Below the pieces are notes generated by a model. That model had not been told where the DNA came from and ran no database searches. It was given only the letters and a program-made list of their open reading frames with translations. From the NCBI GenBank assembly GCA_963708515.1, contig CAVPSX010000023.1:129930-193929 (forward strand): 64,000 nt of DNA. Direction: 5' to 3'. The stretch's first letter is position 1, and every line of letters begins with the position of its first letter. This DNA comes from an uncultured delta proteobacterium. Its GTDB lineage: Bacteria > Desulfobacterota > Syntrophia > Syntrophales > Fen-1087. Below, piece after piece: positions 43,887 to 53,710 of this stretch. Both the position numbers and the translations under genes were made by a program.

Positions 43887-45169
43887 CCCGCCTCTCCTTT
43901 TTTCAGATAAAAGAGCTTTCTGGAATCACTTGTAAAGTTACTGGAGCGGTACCGCTGTGTGAAGCGGACGACGGCAATCTGCGCACCTTTTTCCTGGACG
44001 AGCAGGATCGCTGGGTTTTCGACTGCAACACGGATGAATTTCTTGCCCCGGTTTACTGTTTCTTTCTGCCGTTTAAAGGACTGGTAATTCATCCCATCGC
44101 TGTTGATAAAATCGGAAGCGTAATAACTCATGAATTTACTGGTGTTCCCGCTTTCCCAGGCCTTGCCCCAGGATTTCATGAACGTGCCTAAGTCCTCTGC
44201 CAGTTGCCGCTGGTGGGCCAGTTTGCTCAACTCCAGCCTGTTGACGATGACAATGGGGGTGCCGCTGGCTTTGAGCAGTTCCGACAATTCCCGGAGCACA
44301 TCATTGCCGACCACGATGCAGCCGCTGGTGTTCTGGAGCTCCTGATCGCCGATGCTCCTCGTAGGGGCATGACCATGCAGCCAGATACCGGTCCCATCCT
44401 TCCGGGCCCTGCGGTCCATGAAATTCGGGTAATTGAGCACGAAAGCGCCCTGTCCGTATTTATCCGGAAGGGTTTTCCCAGGGATGTAGCGCAGAAAAAA
44501 GTAGTTGCCCACCGGAGTGGCAAGATCCCCCTCCCTTTTTTTATCGAGATCATTGGCGCCGACGATGCAGGGGTAGCTTTTCAGGAGTGTGAATCGGCCG
44601 TCGGCATAGCGGAACAGGTGCATGGTTTTCTTATCCTTCTCCGTGACAAGCAGATGTTCACCTGCTTCTGCCAAGACAAGGGGATAGGGAACTTCATCAG
44701 CGGCAATGGTCAGGCCGGCCGGAGCAATGGCCGGCGACGGTTTCACCACCGTCGTTTCCGGCGGAGGCCGGACAGTCGCCGGCACTACTGCGGGGGGTTT
44801 TGATTCAGGGACGGCAGTCACAGGGGGTACCGCTTGCTGCTTCATGGCAATATCCGGTTTTGCCGAGGGTTCCGGGATGCGGGCTAACAGGTCATCCACG
44901 TTTTTTTGAGCCTGAGCCAGCTCCGTGAAGGCCTTTTTCAGATCCCCCCGGGCCATGGCCAGGTGAACCTGATCCAGCGCTTTAGTGGTTTGCTGGATCT
45001 GGTTCAGAAGAAGATCCCGCTGCTTGTTGTCCCTTACATGAAAATACGACAGCGTGACGGTGGAAAACAGGAGGACGATGATCAGAAGTATTCCGATTAA
45101 TGCAGCGGGACGGGCGGAATTGATTTGTTTTTTTAGAAACGGTTGTCTCATCGCGCTTTCTGAACACAT
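43856..45169 (-). CDS. L,D-transpeptidase (YkuD) family protein with a C-terminal SnoaL/DUF4440-like domain
   Basis: The YkuD catalytic region GTGIWLHGHAP...TSGCIVVGN and an N-terminal TM helix. Alternative start at 45151. Confidence 0.75.
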   Translation of the reverse strand: MCSESAMRQPFLKKQINSARPAALIGILLIIVLLFSTVTLSYFHVRDNKQRDLLLNQIQQTTKALDQVHLAMARGDLKKAFTELAQAQKNVDDLLARIPEPSAKPDIAMKQQAVPPVTAVPESKPPAVVPATVRPPPETTVVKPSPAIAPAGLTIAADEVPYPLVLAEAGEHLLVTEKDKKTMHLFRYADGRFTLLKSYPCIVGANDLDKKREGDLATPVGNYFFLRYIPGKTLPDKYGQGAFVLNYPNFMDRRARKDGTGIWLHGHAPTRSIGDQELQNTSGCIVVGNDVLRELSELLKASGTPIVIVNRLELSKLAHQRQLAEDLGTFMKSWGKAWESGNTSKFMSYYASDFINSDGMNYQSFKRQKETVNRGKKFIRVAVENPAILLVQEKGAQIAVVRFTQRYRSSNFTSDSRKLFYLKKGEAGWRIIGESRL

Positions 45170-45288
45170 TGTTTCAAGGATTCGGAACGCTTTTGGGCGG
45201 GTATTTTGACTATTTTTTGAATTTTGTCAAGCGCGGGAAGGCCCGTCATTGCGTTACCTCCGAGAAACAATGAAAATATGCATGAAAC

Positions 45289-45313
45289 GGAAGTCGGCTT
45301 TTTCCCGACTTCC
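45289..45313 (-). terminator. Perfect 9-bp stem-loop downstream of the carbonic anhydrase gene (putative terminator; weak U-tract)
   Basis: GGAAGTCGG-N7-CCGACTTCC. Confidence 0.45.
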
Positions 45314-45336
45314 ATTCATGGATAAGCGCTTGGCCA

Positions 45337-45951
45337 TTATTTGTTGATCGCCAGATAGCCTCTGGCCAGGTGGGTGTTGACATGGACCACCCCCTTGTTT
45401 AAGTCTTTCAAAGGATATTTCTCCGTGATTTCAGGCATCCTGTCTGCCTGCTCCTGCGTATTGACCACCGAACCGACCGGCACATAACGACGATCCGGGA
45501 TTTTAACGCCCATGAGGATGACCCCGGGCTCAATCACACAACCGGACCCGATAAATGAGCGGAAAACAAGGACCTTCATGCCCACAAATGTATCATCCAG
45601 CACGACGGCCGGCCCGTGAATCTGCACCTGATGGGCCAGGGAAACCCGGTTTCCGACATAGACCGCATATTTCTTCCCGTTGACCTCAAAGAGGTTCTTT
45701 TCAATCGGCACGCCGTTCATCTCCGTTTCGAGGGCATGGATCACGACGCCGTCTTGAACGTTGGAATCGTCACCCACATGCAGGGGCTGACCTTCATCGC
45801 CGCGGACACAGGCCGTGGGTGAAACCATCACGTTTTTACCGATGAAAACATGTCCGATGACGGCTGCCAGGGAATGTACATAAGCCGTCGGATCAATGAC
45901 CGGATCAAACACCTTTGCCGAAAAATCCGCCAGCACGTTCTTTTCAATCAT
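45337..45951 (-). CDS. Gamma-class carbonic anhydrase (Cam-type left-handed beta-helix)
   Basis: VMVSPTACVRGDEGQPLHVGDDSNVQDGVVIHALETE and SLAHQVQIHGPAVV closely resemble, from memory, the Methanosarcina Cam zinc-ligand regions. Confidence 0.8.
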   Translation of the reverse strand: MIEKNVLADFSAKVFDPVIDPTAYVHSLAAVIGHVFIGKNVMVSPTACVRGDEGQPLHVGDDSNVQDGVVIHALETEMNGVPIEKNLFEVNGKKYAVYVGNRVSLAHQVQIHGPAVVLDDTFVGMKVLVFRSFIGSGCVIEPGVILMGVKIPDRRYVPVGSVVNTQEQADRMPEITEKYPLKDLNKGVVHVNTHLARGYLAINK

Positions 45952-45973
45952 ATATCAACCTCCCTGTGGATTA

Positions 45974-46594
45974 TTATAGATGCTTTTTTGCCTTCTCCTG
46001 CTGCTGAAGGTCCTGCCACACCTGATCAACGATACGCCGGGTTTCCTCCAGTGTCCCCTGGTTCCTGATTACGATCTGCGCGAAGGGCAGCTTGTCGTCA
46101 ATGGGCATTTGGGATTTAAGCCGGTGTATAGCTTCCTCTCGACTTAAACCATTTCGCTTCATGAGGCGGTCCATCTGCTCTTCCTCAGAAACATAGACGA
46201 GCATGACCAGATCAAACAGGGGCTGCATCCCCTCTTCAATCAGCAGCGGAGCGTCCGATAGAATGATCGCATCGGGTTTTAGCTCCTTGATTTCCTGAGT
46301 CCGGGAACACCAGGCGGCAAAGATGGCGGGATGAACAATGCTGTTGAGTTTGGCTCGCTTCCTTTTATCCCTGAAAACTATGCCCCCCAGTTTTGTACGG
46401 TCAATCGTTCGATCCGGAAGCAGAATTTCAGACCCGAAAGTGTCGGCGATCTGCTTCCAGGCTGGCTGATCCGGCGCCACGACCTTGCGCGCCAGTTCGT
46501 CAAAGTCGATCAGAAGGGTTCCCTTTTCCATAAGCAGCCTGGCCACCGTCGATTTGCCGCAGGCAATACCGCCCGTCAATCCCACATTCAGCAT
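45974..46594 (-). CDS. coaE: Dephospho-CoA kinase
   Basis: GLTGGIACGKST P-loop at the N-terminus; about 200 aa. Confidence 0.9.
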   Translation of the reverse strand: MLNVGLTGGIACGKSTVARLLMEKGTLLIDFDELARKVVAPDQPAWKQIADTFGSEILLPDRTIDRTKLGGIVFRDKRKRAKLNSIVHPAIFAAWCSRTQEIKELKPDAIILSDAPLLIEEGMQPLFDLVMLVYVSEEEQMDRLMKRNGLSREEAIHRLKSQMPIDDKLPFAQIVIRNQGTLEETRRIVDQVWQDLQQQEKAKKHL

Positions 46595-46767
46595 ATGATT
46601 ACTTCTAGCACAAAATGTCTTATTTTATCAATTGATTTTTATTCTCATGGCCTGCTTCCCATGGCTTATAATGTTTTGACAGAGACGGATGATTTGTGTA
46701 AAAAGAAATATAAGAGATATTTTGATCACGGATGCATGGAGTCAAGTTTAATGCAAAAATCCGATGC

Positions 46768-48393
46768 TTATCTGATGGAAGACAAAGAAGAGACATTCCG
46801 CCTGGAGCTCAAGACCATACCGGATGATGTCCGCAGCCAGGCGCTCTGGTGCGGCAGATAAGTAAAAAGGTCAAGCGAACAAGCCTGAGGATTTTTAAAG
46901 TCTCTTGAGAATCCGCCAAAGACACGGTCAGGAAATTTGTTTTCGGGACGGAAATAACAGATACAGTAATCCATTCGCGCCGAAGACATTTGATACACGC
47001 CATGTGCAAAAAGCATCATCTGACGTAATACGACAAAACCGGGAAGCTTGCTTTCCATCGGCCTGGCCGCATGATGGTGAACAAGCCAAGCCCGTTCATA
47101 GGCTCTAATCATAGACAAATGCCCATAAATCCTGCCGTTCTTTTCGTAGGTGACGTGTCTGGCAAACTCAGGATTTTCTTGATAAAGCCTCCGGTAAGTT
47201 TCTTTAAATTTTCCACGTTGGGCTTGGCATGAACCATACTTCTTGGAATAAATAAATCCTGTCTGAAAAAAGAACTCCCAGAGGGCGTCCATATCGACCT
47301 CTGTGGAAACCGAGAGATGGGGGTCCGAATTGATACCGAGAATATGGTTAATACGACTGTATGAATGCATATCAATATCCAGAATGGCGACTCCATAATG
47401 AACATTCTTTTCTTTTATCTGCCGATAGATAATCTGCGCGGTGCAGTTTGCAATCGTTATTCCGGCATAGATAATGGAGAGACTGGTAATCATCATCCCC
47501 GGTATCAGGACATCCTCACCCGAGTTGTCACTGATGGAAAATCCTGTCGTGGAAAGGTCGAAAATATCTCTGTGAATTCTTTTTTTAAAGAGTGGATGGT
47601 CAAAAATTGCCACCGGTGGTGGTGTGATCTGGAGCCGGGGATTGCGGATTTTCTTCGGCTGAAACCGGATGATATGGTCGGTCTCCACCATCAAGACGAT
47701 ATCTTCTGACTGGTGGTTATTCTGCCGGCGGACACATCGACAGGTTCCAGAAAAGATGATTACCTGGTCGGAAAACAGAAGAACCGATGCGGGGATATCA
47801 GGATTAAACCAACGTCTAATTTTTAAGGTTTCCGGGCTCGTGTTTATGCGGAATGCCTGGGTACTGAAGTCAATCAGTTTGCCGTGTGCAATTATACCTC
47901 CTTGCATCAGCTCCGCAGATACACCATGACTGAAGAAACGGGAAGATCGGCGTTCATTCAAAACATAACTTTTTTCGGGCAACTGCACATTAAAAGATCC
48001 ATCCCTCCCTTTCATGCTTTCCATGCTTTGCAAGGGAACAAAAATAATGGACTGATCGTCGGGAATAACGAGATGTCTTAACTGGTAGGACGCCAAAGGA
48101 GAACGGAAGTAAACTTCATCTAAACGGTAAGTCAGTTCATTTTCCAGGCAGGGCTCCGGATAGGCGTTGACAAGGATATATTCACCATAACTGCGATGCT
48201 GTAAAAGGACAAAGACATGACGATCCGAAAAATGAATGTAATTGATGAGATTGATCAGTGCCTCCTGGGATAGAACCTTTGCGGATTCGAATGAATCCAA
48301 TAGATGTTGATGCTGAAAAAAATGTGGAGAGAATAGCTCATGATTCTCAGAGCCTCCCCGATGCCCGTTGCCGTTCATCGCAACCTCCACCAC
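46768..48393 (-). CDS. Large cytoplasmic protein with two PilZ-like modules and an uncharacterised C-terminal domain
   Basis: ERRSSRFF...GKLIDFSTQAFRI and KKIRNPRL...DIFDLSTTGFSI resemble the PilZ RxxxR / D-x-S-x-x-G signatures. The rest is not recognised. Confidence 0.55.
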   Translation of the reverse strand: MVEVAMNGNGHRGGSENHELFSPHFFQHQHLLDSFESAKVLSQEALINLINYIHFSDRHVFVLLQHRSYGEYILVNAYPEPCLENELTYRLDEVYFRSPLASYQLRHLVIPDDQSIIFVPLQSMESMKGRDGSFNVQLPEKSYVLNERRSSRFFSHGVSAELMQGGIIAHGKLIDFSTQAFRINTSPETLKIRRWFNPDIPASVLLFSDQVIIFSGTCRCVRRQNNHQSEDIVLMVETDHIIRFQPKKIRNPRLQITPPPVAIFDHPLFKKRIHRDIFDLSTTGFSISDNSGEDVLIPGMMITSLSIIYAGITIANCTAQIIYRQIKEKNVHYGVAILDIDMHSYSRINHILGINSDPHLSVSTEVDMDALWEFFFQTGFIYSKKYGSCQAQRGKFKETYRRLYQENPEFARHVTYEKNGRIYGHLSMIRAYERAWLVHHHAARPMESKLPGFVVLRQMMLFAHGVYQMSSARMDYCICYFRPENKFPDRVFGGFSRDFKNPQACSLDLFTYLPHQSAWLRTSSGMVLSSRRNVSSLSSIR

Positions 48394-48408
48394 GGTTTTA
48401 TTTATCTT

Positions 48409-49341
48409 TCAATCGAACAGGGCTTCGATAAAATCATCACTGTGAAAAGGCCGCAAATCTTCAAGCTGCTCTCCAATGCCGATATAACGGATGGGAATTT
48501 GCAGTTCTCTGGCAATGCGGATCACAATACCGCCCTTTGAGGTTCCATCGAGCTTGGTCAGGACGATACCGGTCACACCGATCCCTTCGTTAAACATTTT
48601 TGCCTGATTGATGGCATTCTGGCCCGTGGTGGCGTCGATTACGAGCAGGACTTCGTGGGGGGCGCCGGGAACCTCCCTTTCCATGATCCGTTTCATCTTC
48701 TTGAGCTCCTCCATCAGATTCACTTTTGTATGAAGGCGCCCGGCGGTGTCGATAATCAGGATACCGGCTTTCCCGGCCCCGGCTGACTGGATAGCGTCAT
48801 AGACGACAGCCGCCGGATCCGCGCCGATCTGCTGTTTGATCAAGGGGACAGCGGCTCGCCGGCACCAGATTTCAATCTGCTCGATGGCCGCTGCCCGGAA
48901 GGTGTCGGCGGCCGCGACGAGGACATCATGACCCTGCTGCTTGAACTGGCAGGCCATCTTTCCGATGGTCGTGGTCTTGCCGGTCCCGTTCACGCCGACC
49001 ATCATGACGGTATGCAGACGATCGCGGGGAATAACAAAGGGCCTGTCATTTCTCCGTAAAATGTCCTTCATCGTATCCTGCAGTACTTGTTTCAGGAGTT
49101 CAGGCCTGTCCAGCTCATGGCGTTTCACCTTCTCCTTCATTTTTTCGATCAGATCGCCGGTAAAAGCGGGACCCACATCCGCCATGATCAACGCTTCTTC
49201 CAATTCCTCGAAAAGACGCTGGTCGATGACCTTTTCACCCAGAATGATGTCGTCCACATTGGTGAGCAGCAGTTTCCGGGTTTTTTCCAGGCCGGATTTC
49301 AATTTATTAAGAAAACTTCTTTTTCTGATATCGCTGGTCAT
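48409..49341 (-). CDS. ftsY: Signal recognition particle receptor FtsY
   Basis: NG domain motifs GVNGTGKTTT, DTAGR and TKLDGT. Confidence 0.95.
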   Translation of the reverse strand: MTSDIRKRSFLNKLKSGLEKTRKLLLTNVDDIILGEKVIDQRLFEELEEALIMADVGPAFTGDLIEKMKEKVKRHELDRPELLKQVLQDTMKDILRRNDRPFVIPRDRLHTVMMVGVNGTGKTTTIGKMACQFKQQGHDVLVAAADTFRAAAIEQIEIWCRRAAVPLIKQQIGADPAAVVYDAIQSAGAGKAGILIIDTAGRLHTKVNLMEELKKMKRIMEREVPGAPHEVLLVIDATTGQNAINQAKMFNEGIGVTGIVLTKLDGTSKGGIVIRIARELQIPIRYIGIGEQLEDLRPFHSDDFIEALFD

Positions 49342-49448
49342 TAAAATCCCTGTGTACGGCGCTTTTCGTATCTCAAGCGCTTTGCATAACTGGTGAAAAA
49401 AGGTTCGTGAACGGCGGATAACATGTTTTCCGCCTGCCAGAGACGATG

Positions 49449-52400
49449 TCAGTTGAGGTTGACGGAAACGATAGTGGAAATTCCGTCATTCTGCATGGTG
49501 ACGCCGAAAAGATGGCTTGCCGCTTCCATGGTCCGCTTATTATGGGTGATCATGACGATCTGGGACCCGGCTGAAATGTCCTTAATCAAACGGTTGAAGA
49601 GCAGGATATTGGCGTCATCAAGAGCGGCGTCTGCCTCGTCCAGGATCAGAAAGGGCGTGGGCCGGTATAAAATGATGGCAAAAATAAGTGCAATCGCGGC
49701 CAGTGATTTTTCACCGCCGGATAGGAGGCTGATATTCTGCGCTCTTTTCCCGGGAACCTGAATATCAATATCCACGCCCGTTTCCAGCATATCCGCGTCA
49801 TCCGTCAACCTCAGCTCTCCCCTGCCGCCGGGGAAAATCCTGGTAAACACCTCGCGGAAACAGACATTCACCCCCGCAAAGGTTTCGGCAAACCGTTCCC
49901 GTGTAATGGCGTTGATCCGGGCAATGGTCTTCTGCAACGTCTCGAGAGAATGATGCAAATCCGCCGCCTGCGCCGTCAGAAAGTCAAAACGCTGCTTCAG
50001 TTCTTCATATTCGCTCAGGGCCAGTAAATTGACCTCCCCGAACTGCTCCAGGGTGAGCCGGTCCTTTTCAAGCTTTATCTTCAGCGATTCTGCCGTTGCC
50101 TCCCCAAGACCACCGAAGTCTTTCAGGAGCGGCTCAATATCCACATGATATTTGGATTGGATATTCTGGCGCAGGTTTTCCATTTTTACGGAGATTTCCC
50201 GATGGCTCATCTCCAGTTCATGGACTTCTCTGGCCGCCTGATCGAGGGTCTTTTTCAGGTCGCCGATCCGGGCCTCCTGCTGTCGCAGGGAAGCATCCTG
50301 CGCCTGCTGAGAGGCCTTCCGCTGCAACAAGACACCTTCGAGCTGACTGAATTCCCGGTAAAGACCGCCAAGCGCTTCCTGTTCGACGCCCATGGATGCC
50401 GTCAAGGCCTGGAGTTGATCGTCATGACCCCGCACGTCCCTGATCCGGGCCTCCATGTCGGCGCTGCGCTGTTCGTGATCCTGATCAAGGCGTTCGCCCG
50501 CCCTGAGGTTGGCCTCTTTCTTTTCTTCGAGTGATCCGAGCAATACCTGTTCTGCTGTTAGCGAAGCGGATGCCTTTTCGAGATCTGTCTGCATGGCTTC
50601 CCACAGCACTTGCGCGGCTGCCATCTGCTCATTCAGATCTTTTTCACGCACTGCGTGTGCGACAAGCTCCTGCCGGATGCCGTCGATCCGCAGCAGGGCG
50701 TCGCTTTGCTCCGTCCTTGCCTGTTCCCGGTTGAAATCAAGCACACTGATGCGCTGCGCCAGGCGTTTCCGCTCATCTTCGAAACGCTCCAGGTCTTTCG
50801 TTTTCCCAGCCATGTCAAGTTCTGTGCGGTGAAGTTCAGCCCGCAGACGGCGATGCTCCTCTTCCCATTCAAAAATAAGCGCACCCGCCTTTTTTTTGCC
50901 GTCCATTATTTCTTTCAGGGATGCTTCCAGATCAAAAAGTTCCGTCTGCAACTCGTTTATTTCGCGCCGGTTGCGCAGCAGGCTTGTTTCACCGCTCTTC
51001 CCATTGCCGCCGGTCAGCACCCCCTGCGGGTTGATGAGGTCGCCGTCCGGTGTGACAAACGTGCCTCTGAAACCGTTCTGCTTCCAAAGAGAAATGCCAC
51101 TCGAAAGGCTTGGGATCAGCAGTACGTCGCCCAGCAGATAGTCGGCGATCGCTTTAAAATCTTCAGGGACTTGAACCTGATCCATCAGACGAACGGCACC
51201 GTTGAGATGGTCGCAATCAGCAGGATCATATCCGAATGCATGTTGCCGGACTTCCAGAGGAACAAAACTCCCGCGTCCCAACGAATGATTCTTCAGATAG
51301 TCAATCGCCTTTAAACCATCCTCCTGTCTTTTAACAATGATGTACTGCAGCTTTTCACCCAGAACGGCCTCGACGGCGGCCTCATATTGTTGGGGGACGT
51401 CCATGTGATCGGCCACCAGCCCACAGAAAACGTCCTGGGAAAACCCTCTTATCGCTTCCTCTTTATCCTCAGCCATCAGGGATTTGACGCCGTCCTGGCA
51501 GCCCTCATAACGCTCCTGGAACTCCTTCAGGGAGGTAAACCGTGAAGATTTTCGGCCGATGTCTTCCTTGACGGCACTGATTTCCTCGTCAATTTCCTGC
51601 AGCAACTGTCGTGTCCGCTGCTGCTCATCAGCAGCCCGATCGGCCTGCTGTGTGAAAGATGCAAAGGTTCCCTCTGCAGACTGGTGTTCACCGGCGAGCT
51701 TGATGAGCAGCCGGTCCAGATCTTCCCGTCTTTTATCGTGTTCAGACAGTTCGTGACGGTCCCGTTCATCCCGCCGCTGCAGATCCTCAATCCCCTTCTG
51801 GAAGCCGACAAGCATATTTTTTAATTTTGCTTTTTCAGCAGCAATATCAATATACTGAACCTTCTTCTCGCCCAGCTCACGATAAAGAGACTGCTGCTTC
51901 TGCTTGCGTTCCTCGATCCCCTGCCGTTGATCGGACACGGCTTGCCTGAGCGCTTCGATCCGGACCTGCAACTGGTCTGTCCGTGTCGTCAGCTCCTGTC
52001 GTTCCCGGCTGGCCTCCTGCTGTTTTGCCCGGATCAACGCGATCTCCGTCAGATCTTTCTGTTTACGGGCAGTCAGTTCTTTTATCGTCTGGGTCGCGTA
52101 TTCGATCCCCTGTTCCTTCACGCTGATGGCATTCCGGATCTGATAGAGGGATTCCTGAGTCTCGGCAAGCCGCGCCTCCCCGTCCAGCATTTCCGTTTTG
52201 AGGTTGTGGAGGGACGCCTCGCCGGCTTCCATCTGCGTTTTCAGCGCCGTTTCCTGGTCCTGGACAGCGGTTAAAACATGCCCGCTGGTTTGCTTTTCTC
52301 TGAACAGGTCGGCATAAACCTGCAGCGCCAGCGACTGCTCCGCTTCCCGGATGTCCTGCTTCAGGGCCTTGTACTGCTCCGCTCGCTTGGCCTGACGGGA

Positions 52401-53024
52401 TACCGCATTGAGCTGGCTTTTAACTTCGCGCGTAATATCATGGACCCGCACCAGGTTCTGCTGTGTCTGATCCATTCTTCGCACTGCCGCTTCCTTCCGG
52501 CTCTTATACTTGGAAATTCCCGCCGCTTCCTCAATAAATTGTCTTCGTTCTTCCGGTTTTGCCTCTACCAGCATCGCGACGCTGTTCTGTTCGACCAGCG
52601 AATAGGTCCTGGCGCCGACACCGGTTCCCATAAAAAACTCTCTGACATCCAAAAGCCGGCAAGGAATCTTATTGAGGGTATATTCGCTTTCACCGTCGCG
52701 GAATAATTTTCGGGAAACCATGACTTCACTGCATTCCGCGTAGGCTCCGGGAAATCCTCCCGCATCCGCTGTCAGAATCATAGACACTTCGGCCACCCCG
52801 ACTGCATCAGCGCCTTGTGCGCCATTAAAAATGACATCCTCCATCTTTTTGCCGCGCAGGGTTTTAACGCGCTGCTCGCCCATGACCCAGCGTAAGGCGT
52901 CAACGATGTTGCTCTTCCCGCAACCGTTGGGACCGACAACACAGGTAATCCCATCAGAAAAATCCAGAATAACCTTCTGCAGGAAAGTTTTAAAGCCAGT
53001 GATTTCAAGCCTTTTCAATTTCAT
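49449..53024 (-). CDS. smc: Chromosome segregation protein SMC
   Basis: MKLKRLEITGFKTF...GPNGCGKSN Walker A, long coiled coils, a hinge, the C-terminal LSGGEKSL signature and Walker B LDEADAALD. Start at the ATG at 53024. Confidence 0.95.
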   Translation of the reverse strand: MKLKRLEITGFKTFLQKVILDFSDGITCVVGPNGCGKSNIVDALRWVMGEQRVKTLRGKKMEDVIFNGAQGADAVGVAEVSMILTADAGGFPGAYAECSEVMVSRKLFRDGESEYTLNKIPCRLLDVREFFMGTGVGARTYSLVEQNSVAMLVEAKPEERRQFIEEAAGISKYKSRKEAAVRRMDQTQQNLVRVHDITREVKSQLNAVSRQAKRAEQYKALKQDIREAEQSLALQVYADLFREKQTSGHVLTAVQDQETALKTQMEAGEASLHNLKTEMLDGEARLAETQESLYQIRNAISVKEQGIEYATQTIKELTARKQKDLTEIALIRAKQQEASRERQELTTRTDQLQVRIEALRQAVSDQRQGIEERKQKQQSLYRELGEKKVQYIDIAAEKAKLKNMLVGFQKGIEDLQRRDERDRHELSEHDKRREDLDRLLIKLAGEHQSAEGTFASFTQQADRAADEQQRTRQLLQEIDEEISAVKEDIGRKSSRFTSLKEFQERYEGCQDGVKSLMAEDKEEAIRGFSQDVFCGLVADHMDVPQQYEAAVEAVLGEKLQYIIVKRQEDGLKAIDYLKNHSLGRGSFVPLEVRQHAFGYDPADCDHLNGAVRLMDQVQVPEDFKAIADYLLGDVLLIPSLSSGISLWKQNGFRGTFVTPDGDLINPQGVLTGGNGKSGETSLLRNRREINELQTELFDLEASLKEIMDGKKKAGALIFEWEEEHRRLRAELHRTELDMAGKTKDLERFEDERKRLAQRISVLDFNREQARTEQSDALLRIDGIRQELVAHAVREKDLNEQMAAAQVLWEAMQTDLEKASASLTAEQVLLGSLEEKKEANLRAGERLDQDHEQRSADMEARIRDVRGHDDQLQALTASMGVEQEALGGLYREFSQLEGVLLQRKASQQAQDASLRQQEARIGDLKKTLDQAAREVHELEMSHREISVKMENLRQNIQSKYHVDIEPLLKDFGGLGEATAESLKIKLEKDRLTLEQFGEVNLLALSEYEELKQRFDFLTAQAADLHHSLETLQKTIARINAITRERFAETFAGVNVCFREVFTRIFPGGRGELRLTDDADMLETGVDIDIQVPGKRAQNISLLSGGEKSLAAIALIFAIILYRPTPFLILDEADAALDDANILLFNRLIKDISAGSQIVMITHNKRTMEAASHLFGVTMQNDGISTIVSVNLN

Positions 53025-53197
53025 CGGCGCTGCGCTTTCAGATTTGCAAAATTTTCCGTAGAATTTAACAGAAAAAATAGCGTTTGTAAAGAAAAAATAC
53101 AATAGAATGTGTTTCGCAACCCCATGGACCACAATATGTTGTATCGGAAAAAAGGCATAACGAATATATTCATGTTTTGATACGGGAACATATGTTG

Positions 53198-53360
53198 AGA
53201 GCTTTGCGTGACCGGTGAAAAATGGTTCGCAAGCGGCGAATGAAAGATTTTCCGCATTTCCAGAAATTAGACTATTTTATTGATTTCAAACATACATAGG
53301 CATTATCATATTTCAAGCGAAAAAGATTTTGAGTCGCGGCAAAGCCATTTTTCAAAGGTT
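53198..53360. repeat. Family-B palindromic repeat, copy 2, interrupted at its apex by a 79-bp insertion with a 9-bp direct repeat
   Basis: The left arm ends in AAAGATTTT (53243-53251). A unique 70 bp follows (53252-53321). AAAGATTTT recurs at 53322-53330, followed by the right arm GAGTCGCGGCAAAGCCATTTTTCAAAGGT. Confidence 0.7.
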
Positions 53361-53415
53361 TCATGTTATGATAACAATGCACGCCGGGGCGAAGAAAGGA
53401 ATCAGGGGAAAGCTC

Positions 53416-53679
53416 ATGACAGACGAAGCATGGCATGTCGTTTACACGGCATCGGGAATGACCCAGGCAAAGATCATCACGGGTCGTCTGGAGACCGAAG
53501 GCGTATCGACCCGGCTGAGATACGAGGCGGCCGGGACCATTTATGCCATCACCATCGATGGCCTGGGAGAAGTAAGAATTCTTGTTCCGGCGGAGGACCT
53601 GGACAGAGCCGGCGCCATTCTGAACCGATCCTATGACGAAGAGGATCTGGCGTGGGAGGATACTGAAATTCGCGATTAA
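53416..53679 (+). CDS. DUF2007-like (putative signal-transducing, PII-like fold) small protein
   Basis: MTDEAWHVVYTASGMTQAKIITGRLETEGV...VLVPAEDLDRAGAIL pattern. The track extension to 53329 only translates the repeat. Confidence 0.6.
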   Translation: MTDEAWHVVYTASGMTQAKIITGRLETEGVSTRLRYEAAGTIYAITIDGLGEVRILVPAEDLDRAGAILNRSYDEEDLAWEDTEIRD

Positions 53680-53710
53680 AAAATTCCGCCTTCTTAATAT
53701 GAGCGAATAA

